This document shows, piece after piece, positions 35,081-45,668 of a DNA stretch of 64,000 nt. The stretch is from an uncultured virus (IMG/VR IMGVR_UViG_3300037585_005926). Taxonomy: Duplodnaviria; Heunggongvirae; Uroviricota; Caudoviricetes. Each line of letters starts with the position of its first letter. The first letter of the stretch is position 1. Under the pieces are notes generated by a model. It was not told the origin of the DNA, did no database searches, and was given only the letters and a program-made list of their open reading frames with translations. Both the position numbers and the translations under genes were made by a program. The stretch covers positions 1 through 64,000 of the IMG/VR virus record IMGVR_UViG_3300037585_005926; one strand, given 5' to 3'.

Positions 35081-35994
35081 AAATTTATATATGTGATTAT
35101 GAAACACACGCCGGCAAATGGATCTATCAAGGATATCAAAAGGCCTGGAGTTCTCTTGGTTATAAGGTAGTTAAGTGCGGTCCGGGAACAGGGGCGCCGA
35201 ACCCAGAACCCAATGAAAAGTATATGGTGATGGTGACAGATTATGATATATCAGATAGAAATATTAATATTTTAGAAAATAGCCACAAGTCATTCTTATT
35301 TGTACAACCAAGCAGGTTCCCTGAGCCTTGGGCCGGCCACCCAAACTTTACGTCGCAACAAGCCCCACAAACAAGTAAAAAAATAAATCAAATGGATAAT
35401 GTATATCCTTGGACGTTCGCCAATACTTCCGGGAGCGATTTTTATCCTCTATGGGATGGGAAAATAAACACGATACCATTGGCCTTTGATTCAATAAGTT
35501 ACAATCCCACTGAAGTGGATAAGTATAAACAGTTTGACATTAGTTTTGTGGGAGGTTGGGCTGACAACGGGTTTAATGAAAAAAGAAAGATAATGATGAA
35601 AACCTTTGCTGCGTTTAAGGACTCTGGCTTGAAGTGCGGGTTCTTCATAAATAAAAACCTTTCTCACCAGCAGGAATGTGATCTGTTAGCGAACAGTAAA
35701 ATGACGATTAATGTACACGACGCATATCAAAGAACACTCGGTACCGATACCAACGAAAGAACTTTTAAGTCGCTTGGCCTTAACGGCCTAATGATTTCAG
35801 ATACAATTAAACAGCTAAACGATATGTTCCCTAGTGTCCGGACAACCCTTGAGCCTTCTGAAATGGTCACTATTGCTAAAGAAGTTCTTTCACTTTCAGA
35901 AAGCGAAATTGGCAATATAAAAGAAGTTAATCGAGAAAACATTTTGAAAAATCATTGCTATGTTAACCGGGTTCGGACATTTCTAGACCTATGA
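35077..35994 (+). CDS. glycosyltransferase (CgeB/YkvP-like)
   Basis: DISFVGG, SKMTINVH, NERTF, HCYVNRV. Confidence 0.8.
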   Translation: MKIYICDYETHAGKWIYQGYQKAWSSLGYKVVKCGPGTGAPNPEPNEKYMVMVTDYDISDRNINILENSHKSFLFVQPSRFPEPWAGHPNFTSQQAPQTSKKINQMDNVYPWTFANTSGSDFYPLWDGKINTIPLAFDSISYNPTEVDKYKQFDISFVGGWADNGFNEKRKIMMKTFAAFKDSGLKCGFFINKNLSHQQECDLLANSKMTINVHDAYQRTLGTDTNERTFKSLGLNGLMISDTIKQLNDMFPSVRTTLEPSEMVTIAKEVLSLSESEIGNIKEVNRENILKNHCYVNRVRTFLDL

Positions 35995-36896
35995 AGATAG
36001 TCCTTGTAACTAACAAGACATACAGAGGCCACCTCGACGGCGGCTGGTGGTATTTTTATTTGCCATTGCTTGAAATGGGTCATGAAGTCTATTTTTTTGA
36101 CACAGTAGATCCGGTTGAAAAAGATTTTAAGAAGGTAGTGGAAACGCTGAAGCCAGATTTAATATTTTGTATGTTAACCGGCGATTTTAATATTGCCCCT
36201 AGGGAGCCATGGTCCCAAATAAAACAAGAGACGGACAGCGGCCGCACAAGAACATTCAATTGGTTTTGTGATGATACTTGGAGATACTACGACTTCTCTA
36301 AAAAAGTATGCCAGTATTTCAATATATGTTCAACACCTGAGCCGGATTATATAAAGAAATATGAAAGAGCCGGCTATAGCAATATTGTTTTGGGTACCTG
36401 GCATTCCAACATAAGTTTGTACCCAAAGTTAAGCTACCAAGATAAAGACATAGAAGTATCTTTTATTGGCGCCTTGAATGGCCTGCGGAAGAATTTCTTT
36501 GAACAGCACAAAGATCTACCAATTGACATTTTTTCTAATATTTCGCAAGAAGAGATGTATTTAACACACGCAAGAAGCAAAATAGCAATTAACTTAAGCA
36601 TTAATGAAAATGATCCGCAAAAGAAGACACAAATGAAACAAAGGATGTTTGAGATCCCCGCGGCCAAGACACTCCTGCTGACTGAACACCACCCAGGGAT
36701 AGAGCATTTTTTTGAGATTGACAAAGAAATAATAACATTTAAGAGCAATAGGGAGTTTGAAGATAAGATTAAGTTTTTGAATTCTAAGCCTAAGATAGCA
36801 GAAGCAATCGCCCTCTCCGGCTTTAAAAGATATATCACAGAACATGAATCAAAGATCAGGCTCACCAAAGTGTTACAGCAGGTTATGGCCCTATAA
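35991..36896 (+). CDS. glycosyltransferase (CgeB/YkvP-like)
   Basis: WFCDD, VSFIG, SKIAINLS, KQRMFEIPA. Confidence 0.82.
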   Translation: MKIVLVTNKTYRGHLDGGWWYFYLPLLEMGHEVYFFDTVDPVEKDFKKVVETLKPDLIFCMLTGDFNIAPREPWSQIKQETDSGRTRTFNWFCDDTWRYYDFSKKVCQYFNICSTPEPDYIKKYERAGYSNIVLGTWHSNISLYPKLSYQDKDIEVSFIGALNGLRKNFFEQHKDLPIDIFSNISQEEMYLTHARSKIAINLSINENDPQKKTQMKQRMFEIPAAKTLLLTEHHPGIEHFFEIDKEIITFKSNREFEDKIKFLNSKPKIAEAIALSGFKRYITEHESKIRLTKVLQQVMAL

Positions 36897-36906
36897 GCCA
36901 GCTTAC

Positions 36907-36934
36907 TTGACAAAAAGCCAATACGTGATATAAT
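36907..36934 (+). promoter_or_regulatory. sigma70-type promoter within the glycan locus
   Basis: TTGACA-16 bp-TATAAT with extended -10 TG. Confidence 0.7.
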
Positions 36935-36958
36935 GATAGCTCACACCGTATCAACAAA

Positions 36959-37690
36959 ATGAAAATAGATATAATAATTCCGTGCTACAATGCAGAAAAG
37001 TGGATAGAGAAAAGCATTAAGAGTGCCTTATCACAAACATATAAGAACATTCAAGTCATTGTAATTGATAATGAAAGCAGCGACAACAGTTACAAAGTAA
37101 TCCAAGAAGTCCATGGCCACCATCCGGAAATAATCATAGGGACTGTACCCAATATTTATCCTTACGGCTGGACTGAGCCGGTGGAAAAAGCTCTAAGTCT
37201 TTGTAATGGTGATTATTTCACCATCTTGGGCGCGGATGATTACATCGATCCCGAATACATTGAGAAAATTGTCAAGATAATATCGAAAGCCCCAGACAAA
37301 ATAAAGATTTTACAAAGCCCCCTCATAGGAATCGATTCTGACAAAGGCATAACTTTAGAGGAAATAAAACACTCATATAACAGCTTGGGCCAATTTAAAC
37401 AAATGTTGTTTGAAAAGTGCCCAGTGACGACGCCCACAGTTGTATACAAGAGAGAACTTCATGATAGTGGTATATTACGATGGGACTCAGAAACTTGCTC
37501 TGGCGCAGCAGATTATGATTTATATTTCAATATAGCAGACAACGGCATTTTCATATATCCTTATCCCAAGTGGATCGGATATTATTACCGATGGCACTCA
37601 GATCAGGCAACTTGGGGCATGCATAAACAAACAACAAAATATGATTTGCTAATAAAACAAAAATGGATGGAAAAGTGGAAGAATGGATAA
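36959..37690 (+). CDS. GT2 glycosyltransferase
   Basis: IIIPCYNAE, SALSQTY, VIDNESSD, ILGADD, ADYDL. Confidence 0.92.
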   Translation: MKIDIIIPCYNAEKWIEKSIKSALSQTYKNIQVIVIDNESSDNSYKVIQEVHGHHPEIIIGTVPNIYPYGWTEPVEKALSLCNGDYFTILGADDYIDPEYIEKIVKIISKAPDKIKILQSPLIGIDSDKGITLEEIKHSYNSLGQFKQMLFEKCPVTTPTVVYKRELHDSGILRWDSETCSGAADYDLYFNIADNGIFIYPYPKWIGYYYRWHSDQATWGMHKQTTKYDLLIKQKWMEKWKNG

Positions 37691-39467
37691 CAAAATAAGA
37701 TTGGTCGACTATATCGCAGACAGAGTACACCAATTGGGAGTAAAACACGTTTACACTCTTACCGGTGGCGGCGCAATGTTCCTTAACGACTCTGTAAAGA
37801 AGCATGAAAAACTGCTCTCTGTTTGCAATCACCACGAACAAGCGAGCGCCATGGCTGCTGTAGCACATGCTAAATATACTAATGGGTTTTCGGTGGTGAT
37901 ACCAACCACAGGTTGTGGCAGTACAAACTGTATTACCGGTCTATTAGATGCATGGCAGGATAACTTGCCCTGTATATTTATTTCAGGTCAGGTCAACAAA
38001 GACCAAACTTGCTTTAGTTCAACTGCGAATATTCGTCAGTTCGGAGTTCAAGAGGCAAACATTGTAGAAATAGTTAAATCAATCACAAAGTATGCAGTTA
38101 TGGTTGAGGCTCCGGAGGACATCGCATATCACCTCGACAAGGCCTTTCACCTGGCTTCTACGGGACGCCGCGGCCCTGTCTGGATAGATGTCCCGCTGGA
38201 CGTTCAAGGGGCCTTTATAAACCCCTCTGAGCTTAAAAGGTATATTCCCGACGACAAGACGCTTTCTCCCGATTTAAACAATCTTAGGGAAATGCTAGAA
38301 AAAGCCACTCGGCCCGTAATATTAGCAGGAAATGGCGTGAGGTTAGCCGGCGCCTCAAAAGAAATAAAAACGTTCGCTGAAAAGCACAACATCCCAGTAG
38401 TCACTACCTTTCTGTCAGCCGATTTGTTGCCATCGGAACATGAATTGAACATAGGCAGAGTTGGCATTAAGGGCAATCGAGCAGCAAACTTTGTAGTGCA
38501 AAATTCTGATTTCTTATTGTCGATTGGTTGTAGACTAAGCGTGCCCTCTACCGGCTACAAATATGAATACTTTGCGAGAGAGGCCAATATCGCAGTTGTG
38601 GATATAGATCCGGAAGAGCACAAAAAAGACACTATTAAAATTGACTTGTTTGTGGAAATGGATGCCAAAGACTTTATGCTGAAGTTTGAAACAGAATATC
38701 GCTCAACTCAAGCATGGATAGATACATGTTCGAAATGGAAATCTACATGGCCTGTCTTTTTGCCGGAACACGAAGACGATGAGGATGGTATTAGTATGTA
38801 CCGATTCATGAAAACACTGTCTATAACACTTCCTGCAAATTCTAGCGTAGTCGGAGATGCTGGCTCTGCATATTATGTGCCGTGCCAGGCGCTTCAAATC
38901 AAAGACGGTCAACGCCTGATTACACCTGGAGCCCAAGCAGAAATGGGCTTTACATTGCCGGCCTGTATTGGGCTGTCTTTTGCTATGGAGAATCCTTGCA
39001 TAGCGGGGATTACTGGCGACGGCTCTTTTCAGACAAACATACAGGAATTGCAAACTATTGTACAATATAATCTTCCGGTTAAGATATTTGTGTGGAACAA
39101 TGATGGCTACCTTTCAATCAGAACCACACAGAGAAAGTATTTTGAAGATCGATTCGTGGGTACTGACAAAGATAGCGGGGTCTCATTTCCCGATACTCAA
39201 AAAATTGCGGCCGCATATGGGATAAAATACTTTTCTATGTCAAACAATATGGAGCTTGATGCCCAAATGCAGGAGATAATAGATTTTGATGGTCCCGTTA
39301 TTTGTGAAGTGATGTGTAAAAAGTGGGACAAAGTACTGCCCACAATCGGTGCAAAAAAATTAGATAGCGGACAATTAGTATCCCAACCACTAGAAAACAT
39401 GTTTCCTTTCTTGACAGAAGAGGAATTACGTGTTAATATGTTAGTACATTCAATAGAGGAGAAATAA
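37683..39467 (+). CDS. thiamine-diphosphate-dependent enzyme (acetolactate synthase-like, YerE-type)
   Basis: HHEQAS, FISGQV, GPVWIDVPLD, TPP motif GDGSFQTNIQEL...WNN. Confidence 0.88.
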   Translation: MDNKIRLVDYIADRVHQLGVKHVYTLTGGGAMFLNDSVKKHEKLLSVCNHHEQASAMAAVAHAKYTNGFSVVIPTTGCGSTNCITGLLDAWQDNLPCIFISGQVNKDQTCFSSTANIRQFGVQEANIVEIVKSITKYAVMVEAPEDIAYHLDKAFHLASTGRRGPVWIDVPLDVQGAFINPSELKRYIPDDKTLSPDLNNLREMLEKATRPVILAGNGVRLAGASKEIKTFAEKHNIPVVTTFLSADLLPSEHELNIGRVGIKGNRAANFVVQNSDFLLSIGCRLSVPSTGYKYEYFAREANIAVVDIDPEEHKKDTIKIDLFVEMDAKDFMLKFETEYRSTQAWIDTCSKWKSTWPVFLPEHEDDEDGISMYRFMKTLSITLPANSSVVGDAGSAYYVPCQALQIKDGQRLITPGAQAEMGFTLPACIGLSFAMENPCIAGITGDGSFQTNIQELQTIVQYNLPVKIFVWNNDGYLSIRTTQRKYFEDRFVGTDKDSGVSFPDTQKIAAAYGIKYFSMSNNMELDAQMQEIIDFDGPVICEVMCKKWDKVLPTIGAKKLDSGQLVSQPLENMFPFLTEEELRVNMLVHSIEEK

Positions 39468-39468
39468 C

Positions 39469-40401
39469 ATGAGTGCAAATGATAAAAACAAAGTTACAAT
39501 TTTAAGATTACGTCGACAAAAGAGAGAAAAAACACCAACAGTGATAACCACTGCTTATGACTACCCACAAGCAAGAATCGCTGATGGTGCGGGTGTAGAC
39601 TGCATTTTGGTGGGTGATTCATTAGGGATGACCACTCTAGGATACAAGACTACAATCCCCGTAACAATGGATGATATGATTAGACACTCTGAGGCAGTTT
39701 CCAAAGGCGCCAAGAATGCGTTCTTGATCGGAGATATGCCTTATATGTCTTACCAAGTATCCAACGAAGAAGCGGTGCGAAATGCAGGCCGCTTTGTTAT
39801 TGCCGGCATGGATTGTGTAAAGGTTGAGGGCGCTATGATTGAGCGCATTAAGGCCATCGCGGATTCCGGCATCATGGTGATGAGCCACCTGGGCCTCACT
39901 CCTCACACTAGAGCGAAGCTCGGGGGTTATCGAGTTCAAGGTAAAACAGCCAAACAAACGGAGATTATCCTACAACAGGCCCTTGATTTGCAAGAGGCTG
40001 GTTGCTCTTTTCTACTGCTAGAGGGCATGCCACGCGAGTCTGCTGAAATTATTGCCAAAGAACTTAAGATCCCTGTTTATGGGATTGGCGCTGGTGATAA
40101 GGTAGATGGTCAATTGGTAATCTTTCATGACTTGATGGGCCTCTTTTGGGAGTTCAAATCTAAGTTTGTTAAGAGGTATTGTGAAGCTGGCCAAATTATG
40201 CAGAATGCCCTGAAGGAATATGCAGCCGAAGTTCGGTCTGGGAACTTCCCGGCAGAAGAAAACTTTTACGCCATCAAAGAAGAAGAGCTAGAGAGACTTC
40301 TCGGCGGAGGCAACTGGAAGCACGATCAAGTATTGTATGAGACAGACCAAGGGTTTCCCACTAACCATAGTGCAACACCAAACACGGTAACTAAGAAGTA
40401 A
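39469..40401 (+). CDS. panB: ketopantoate hydroxymethyltransferase-family protein
   Basis: TAYDY, ILVGDSLG, IGDMPYMSY, VKVEG, HLGLTP, GGYRVQGK, GIGAG..VDGQ. Confidence 0.92.
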   Translation: MSANDKNKVTILRLRRQKREKTPTVITTAYDYPQARIADGAGVDCILVGDSLGMTTLGYKTTIPVTMDDMIRHSEAVSKGAKNAFLIGDMPYMSYQVSNEEAVRNAGRFVIAGMDCVKVEGAMIERIKAIADSGIMVMSHLGLTPHTRAKLGGYRVQGKTAKQTEIILQQALDLQEAGCSFLLLEGMPRESAEIIAKELKIPVYGIGAGDKVDGQLVIFHDLMGLFWEFKSKFVKRYCEAGQIMQNALKEYAAEVRSGNFPAEENFYAIKEEELERLLGGGNWKHDQVLYETDQGFPTNHSATPNTVTKK

Positions 40402-40421
40402 TAGCCCGGAGCACCATCTAG

Positions 40422-41273
40422 ATGAATATCTTATTAACAGGTGGTAATGGGTTTCTTGCGAAAGAGCTAAAGCACTATTTTCTAAATAACACAGCCTTGG
40501 ATTGCAAACTCCTTGTAACCGACAGAACTACCCTTAACGTCACCGATTACGAGAGCGTTAGGGGTTTTTTTGAGAACAATGTAGTAGACGTTGTCATACA
40601 TACCGCGGTAAAAGGTGGCAAACGATTAGATACGCAGACGGTTGATGACATTATCGATAATATCTTGATGTTCAAAAACTTGAGTTATTTTTCTGATCAG
40701 TTTAAAATAATGTTCAATTTTGGATCCGGCGCAGAGTTTAATCGCATGAACTCTATTGATTGTGCGACTGAAGAATCGGTGAGTGCATCATTACCTACCG
40801 ATTATTATGGATTATCTAAGAATATTATCGCCCGAAAAATAGCAAAAATGAATAGTAATATTTATAACTTACGCTTATTTGGGTGTTTTGGGCAACACGA
40901 AGAACCGCAAAGATTGTTTCGCTCTTGTTATAACAATTTCAAACTAAATCAAAGCGCGCTAATAACATGTGACAGGTACATGGACTATTTTTACGCTCAA
41001 GACGTAGGCCGAGTAATCGAGCATATTATCGAAAAACATGATATGAGTCTGCCAAGAGACATAAATCTATGTTACTCAGAGAAACACACCTTGAGCGAAC
41101 ACGCACAGGTGATTAAAGATTTGACAAACGCAAAGTCGCAGGTTATAATAGAACAGAAAGAATTGGGCAAATCCTATACGGGTAAGGCACACGTGCTCGA
41201 TTCGCTAAACATTGACCTGATGGGTCTGAATAAAGGAGTAAAAGAATGTCTGAAAAGTTGGAACAAATTATAG
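40422..41273 (+). CDS. NAD-dependent epimerase/reductase (extended SDR)
   Basis: LLTGGNGFLA, FGSGAEF, YGLSK, LRLFGCFG. Confidence 0.88.
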   Translation: MNILLTGGNGFLAKELKHYFLNNTALDCKLLVTDRTTLNVTDYESVRGFFENNVVDVVIHTAVKGGKRLDTQTVDDIIDNILMFKNLSYFSDQFKIMFNFGSGAEFNRMNSIDCATEESVSASLPTDYYGLSKNIIARKIAKMNSNIYNLRLFGCFGQHEEPQRLFRSCYNNFKLNQSALITCDRYMDYFYAQDVGRVIEHIIEKHDMSLPRDINLCYSEKHTLSEHAQVIKDLTNAKSQVIIEQKELGKSYTGKAHVLDSLNIDLMGLNKGVKECLKSWNKL

Positions 41274-42583
41274 AGTTGGTGTCTGATTACATTTCTGAGA
41301 AGCACGAAAATGAAACGTGGACCCCTGGCGAAGACTGGGTAGCATACTCGGGCCCGGTTTTTGATGAAAAAGAATACATCGCCGCTGTACGCCAAATACT
41401 AGATGGTTGGATGATTTTTGGCAAGAACGCAAGAGAGTTTGAGTTAAAGTTTCCGTCTAAGCTTGGAAAACTCTACGGATCCTTAACTAACTCAGGTTCA
41501 TCGGCAAACTTGCTGATGGTAGCCGCTACTAAATCGCGACGATTCCCAAAACAATTAAAGGACGGAGACAAGATTATTACCCCAGTTGTTTGTTTTCCGA
41601 CAACCATTAATCCTATTATACAAAACAACCTTGTACCAGTGTTTGTAGACGTTGAGCTTCCAAGTGTAAACTTGGACCTGGATAGAGTAGAAGAAGTCCT
41701 TGAGAGCGACCCTGACATTAAGGGGATAATGTTTGCACACGTGTTGGGTAACCCGCCTGACATGGACAGATTGATGGCTCTCGTAGAAAAATACGATTTG
41801 GTATTTCTAGAAGATGCATGCGATGCTTTGGGATCTTACTACGACGGTAAGAAGTTGGGCTCCTATGGAGACATGTCAACATGCTCTTTCTTCCCAGCCC
41901 ACCATATGACGATGGGAGAGGGAGGTTTCATTGCAACTAACAGTCAGAAGACACGTACGGCATTGGCTAGTATCCGAGACTGGGGGCGCGCTTGTTACTG
42001 CAACTCAATGAAACCAGGCAACGTCACAAGCGAAACAGCGTGTGGTAACAGATTTAAAAACTGGTTGCCCGGCCTCAAAGATGCTGTGTACGATCACCGC
42101 TATGTTTTCGATGAAATAGGTTACAACCTTAAACCACTAGATTTGCAGGCTGCAATGGGCCTACAGCAGCTTGAAAAACTTCCAATGTTAGATGCTGCTC
42201 GGAGAGAAAACTGGGCCAAGCTACGGGCCATATTTGAGCCTTATGCACAATACTTTCATATGCCGGAGGCTACCGAAAAGTCAGACCCGTGTTGGTTTGC
42301 CTTTCTGTTGACAATCAAGGAAGGTGCCCCTTTCTCTCGTTCGGATATAGTAAACCATCTTGAGGGTCTTAAAATTCAAACACGTTCTTACTTCTCAGGC
42401 AACATCTTGGCTCACCCGGGCTACGTTCACCTTGCTGAAGAATATGGTGATATGTATGAAACCTTCCCTAACGCCCAATTGATTACGACAAACTCGTTCT
42501 TTTTAGGAACCTATGTAGGCCTCACCGGCGAGAAACTTGAATATATTAAGGAAGCAGTTGATGGCTTCTTTGAGAATTTGTAA
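41246..42583 (+). CDS. rfbH: CDP-4-keto-6-deoxy-D-glucose 3-dehydrase (RfbH/DdhC-like)
   Basis: NSGSSANL, FPTTINP, AHVLGNP, EDACDALG, SFFPAHHMTMGEGG (His in place of Lys), RDWGRACYC...C. Confidence 0.88.
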   Translation: MSEKLEQIIELVSDYISEKHENETWTPGEDWVAYSGPVFDEKEYIAAVRQILDGWMIFGKNAREFELKFPSKLGKLYGSLTNSGSSANLLMVAATKSRRFPKQLKDGDKIITPVVCFPTTINPIIQNNLVPVFVDVELPSVNLDLDRVEEVLESDPDIKGIMFAHVLGNPPDMDRLMALVEKYDLVFLEDACDALGSYYDGKKLGSYGDMSTCSFFPAHHMTMGEGGFIATNSQKTRTALASIRDWGRACYCNSMKPGNVTSETACGNRFKNWLPGLKDAVYDHRYVFDEIGYNLKPLDLQAAMGLQQLEKLPMLDAARRENWAKLRAIFEPYAQYFHMPEATEKSDPCWFAFLLTIKEGAPFSRSDIVNHLEGLKIQTRSYFSGNILAHPGYVHLAEEYGDMYETFPNAQLITTNSFFLGTYVGLTGEKLEYIKEAVDGFFENL

Positions 42584-43533
42584 TGAAACTCGTTTATGTC
42601 ACCGGCTGCCTGGGGTTTATTGGCTCGTATGTAACACGTAAATGCCTTGACAGGGGCTGGAAAGTGTATGGAGTAGACAAGTGCACGTATGTAGCCAACA
42701 CTTCACTGCTAAAAAGCTTCGAAGCTAACCCCAACTTTACTTTCATCAAAGAGGATATAAAAGATCTTCAGCATCTGTATGACTGTGATTACGTTATTAA
42801 TACGGCCGCAGAATCTCATGTAGGAAATAGCATCATTGATTCGCAAGAGTTTATTGATAGTAACATTGTGGGTGTTCGCAACTTGTTGGACTTGATTCGC
42901 AACAAGCCCGTCAATTGCAATAGACGGCCGGTATTTTTTCACTTCAGCACTGACGAAGTATATGGGGATATTGAAAGCGGTGAACATACAGAACAAGATA
43001 TTTTACACCCAAGCAATCCATATTCAGCGGCAAAAGCTTGTTCTGATATGCTTATCTTAGCGTGGGCCCGAACATATGGCGTCGAGTACATTCTGCTACG
43101 TCCAACCAATAACTATGGAATAGGGCAGTACCCAGAGAAACTGATACCACTTTCTGTAAAGAATCTAATGCGAAATAGAAAGATTAGACTTCATAACGCC
43201 GGAACGCCAGTGAGAAACTGGTTGCATGCTGATGATACAGCAGAAGCTGTTATGACCATCATAGACTCAGGTAACACGAACGAAATCTATAATGTTGCCG
43301 GCGGCTTTGAGCAAAAGAACATAGATACAATATTAAAAGTTATTGACAACTTCTTTGAAGAAGATTATAATTGGGAAGAACATGTTGATTTTTCTTATTC
43401 TCGCGAAGGTCAAGATGTACGATATGCCTTGAACGATGACAAACTACGGGCCCTAGGTTGGACCGCCAAAAGAGACTTTAACAAAGAAATTTACGATATT
43501 GTTCAATATTATAAAAAGAATTTCATATGGTAG
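42583..43533 (+). CDS. NDP-glucose 4,6-dehydratase (RmlB-like)
   Basis: TGCLGFIG, AAESHV, STDEVYG, PYSAAK, NNYG..QYPEKLIP. Confidence 0.9.
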   Translation: MKLVYVTGCLGFIGSYVTRKCLDRGWKVYGVDKCTYVANTSLLKSFEANPNFTFIKEDIKDLQHLYDCDYVINTAAESHVGNSIIDSQEFIDSNIVGVRNLLDLIRNKPVNCNRRPVFFHFSTDEVYGDIESGEHTEQDILHPSNPYSAAKACSDMLILAWARTYGVEYILLRPTNNYGIGQYPEKLIPLSVKNLMRNRKIRLHNAGTPVRNWLHADDTAEAVMTIIDSGNTNEIYNVAGGFEQKNIDTILKVIDNFFEEDYNWEEHVDFSYSREGQDVRYALNDDKLRALGWTAKRDFNKEIYDIVQYYKKNFIW

Positions 43534-43536
43534 AAT

Positions 43537-44532
43537 ATGATACACACAGGAGTAGAAAGAATGCCCAAATGGTATGAACCCACTAGCGATAATATTATTG
43601 GTATTCCCCTCGCCGAAAACGCTCCGGAATGGCAATGCTCATCTGGGACCCCCGAATTGCAACTAGCTGATCTTGGCCGACGAGCGGATTACCTTGTAAG
43701 CGAGTTTAAGGATTACGTGAAAGACCCAGAGTTGGAAAAATTGATTTCAGGAAAGCGCTTGGCATTCATTGGGCCCGCTCCAAGTTTAGATGGCCTGGGT
43801 CTTGGTGAATTGTTCGACTCATATGATTTGGTAGTTCGCATCAATACTGCCTATCACATGCCAGAGCAGCTTTGGGAAGACTACGGGAAGAGGACAGATA
43901 TACTAGTAAACTGCTTAAACTTTAACAAAATCAGAGCTTTGCAAGAAAACATGGACTTCACAAAATCTGTGAAGTATCTTATACAGCCACAGCTTTCAAT
44001 GTGGGACATCAAAAAAGCCGAAAAGATTATCCACGAATGGGGCGCCCCATTTCATAACGTGTGTGATGGTTATTTGTTTAAGGTTAACAAGGAAATAGGC
44101 ACAACCACTAACACTGGTTTGCTGGGGGTGATAACTCTCTTGAACTATAATATAAAAGAGTTGTATATTGGAGGATTCACCTTTTTTGATATGGGTTCAA
44201 AGAGTGGAGAATACTACAACAAAGCACACCTCTCTCAAACAATCAAATATGACCCAGTTCAAGTAGTTGATAATAAACTCACCAGCGCCTCGTTAAGGTT
44301 AGATGACCTGCACTTGCAGGAGCCTCAAATATTGTATTTTGGTAAAATATTGCGAAAATATTATGGAACCAAGATCCAGGTGGATGAGTATCTAAGACAA
44401 AATTTCAATTTATGGATAGACGGCGCCGTCGACGGCATCTCTGATAAAGGCGTTAAAAAACTTTTTCAACTTGATAGACAATTAAAACTAAACAACAATT
44501 TAACCATTTGTAAATGGGAAGGAAAAATATAA
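43537..44532 (+). CDS. GT29/sialyltransferase-like glycosyltransferase
   Basis: IGPAPSL...DSYDLVVRIN...YGKRTD resembles sialyl L-motif; TTNTGL; LYIGGFTFF. Confidence 0.6.
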   Translation: MIHTGVERMPKWYEPTSDNIIGIPLAENAPEWQCSSGTPELQLADLGRRADYLVSEFKDYVKDPELEKLISGKRLAFIGPAPSLDGLGLGELFDSYDLVVRINTAYHMPEQLWEDYGKRTDILVNCLNFNKIRALQENMDFTKSVKYLIQPQLSMWDIKKAEKIIHEWGAPFHNVCDGYLFKVNKEIGTTTNTGLLGVITLLNYNIKELYIGGFTFFDMGSKSGEYYNKAHLSQTIKYDPVQVVDNKLTSASLRLDDLHLQEPQILYFGKILRKYYGTKIQVDEYLRQNFNLWIDGAVDGISDKGVKKLFQLDRQLKLNNNLTICKWEGKI

Positions 44533-45668
44533 TGAAAGTAGTAGCAATGATACCTGCCCGTTTTGGCAGCAAAAGAATCCCAAAAAAGAATATACGCTTG
44601 TTAAATGGAATCCCATTGATAAGTTATATTATTAGAGCCGCCAAAGAGGCAAAATGCTTCGATGAAATATACGTTAACTCAGAGTCAGATATTTTGGGAG
44701 AGATTGCAGAAAAAGAAGGCGTAAGTTTTTATAAACGCCCCGCGGAACTTTCAACCGACAGCGCAACAAACGATGAGTTCACACAAGACTTTATGAACAA
44801 TGTAGAGTGTGATGTATTGGTACAACTTTTACCTACATCACCGTTCATAAAAGCACGCGACATACTAAAATTTACCGCCACTATGCTCGGCACGGAGGCC
44901 GACACACTTGTATCAGTTACCGATCAACAGATAGAGTGCATATATAATCGACAGCCAGTCAACTTTGACCAAAAGAAGATCTCCCCACCGTCGCAGGATG
45001 TGACGCCGGTACAACCTTATGCATGCGGCATGATGGGTTGGAAAACCTCCAACTATCTTGCGAATATGGATAAGTACAATTGTGGTTATCACGGTGGTGA
45101 CGGCGATATACACTTCTATACTGTTTCGGGCTTTGCGACAGTTGACGTTGACAACGAAGAAGATTTTCAATTAGCGGAAGTAATTGCCCGAGCAATATCA
45201 AAAGAAGCATATGCACCTCAATTTTATGGCGAAACGCATTCGGAAGTTGATGTTCCTTCAATCTTGCTTAAGGACGGAGTTAAAAATAATAATTTACATG
45301 ACACCAACAAAGAAATAGTCAATATCAACGAGATACGTTCTTCGTTCAAGTCAACAAAGTCGTGGAGTCACCGAGTTGTAAATACGGAAAACAACAGCGC
45401 GACCTTGATCCACCAACAGCCGGGCCAAGGAAATCGAAGGCACTATCACCCAGATTGGAACGAGTGGTGGTATATCGTCGATGGAGAGTGGGAGTGGGAA
45501 ATCGACGGAGTTAAGAAAATTGTCAAAAAAGATGATATTGTTTTTATACCCAAGGGTATAATACACAGAATAGAGGCCACCGGTGACAAGCCTGCAATTC
45601 GCCTAGCTATCAGCCGGGAAGATGTGGCACATGTATATCCAGATGGAGAGCATACAAATGAAAGATAA
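44532..45668 (+). CDS. acylneuraminate-type cytidylyltransferase fused to a cupin domain
   Basis: IPARFGSKRIPKKN, LLPTSPF, VDVDNEEDF; C-terminal HYHP..EWWYIVDG...IPKGIIH. Confidence 0.85.
   Translation: MKVVAMIPARFGSKRIPKKNIRLLNGIPLISYIIRAAKEAKCFDEIYVNSESDILGEIAEKEGVSFYKRPAELSTDSATNDEFTQDFMNNVECDVLVQLLPTSPFIKARDILKFTATMLGTEADTLVSVTDQQIECIYNRQPVNFDQKKISPPSQDVTPVQPYACGMMGWKTSNYLANMDKYNCGYHGGDGDIHFYTVSGFATVDVDNEEDFQLAEVIARAISKEAYAPQFYGETHSEVDVPSILLKDGVKNNNLHDTNKEIVNINEIRSSFKSTKSWSHRVVNTENNSATLIHQQPGQGNRRHYHPDWNEWWYIVDGEWEWEIDGVKKIVKKDDIVFIPKGIIHRIEATGDKPAIRLAISREDVAHVYPDGEHTNER

Noticed and set aside
37683..40401. ilvB plus panB as a pantothenate/branched-chain amino acid auxiliary pathway
   Set aside because: No ilvN/C/D or panC/E in the window and the context is nucleotide-sugar genes; kept only as the alternative hypothesis
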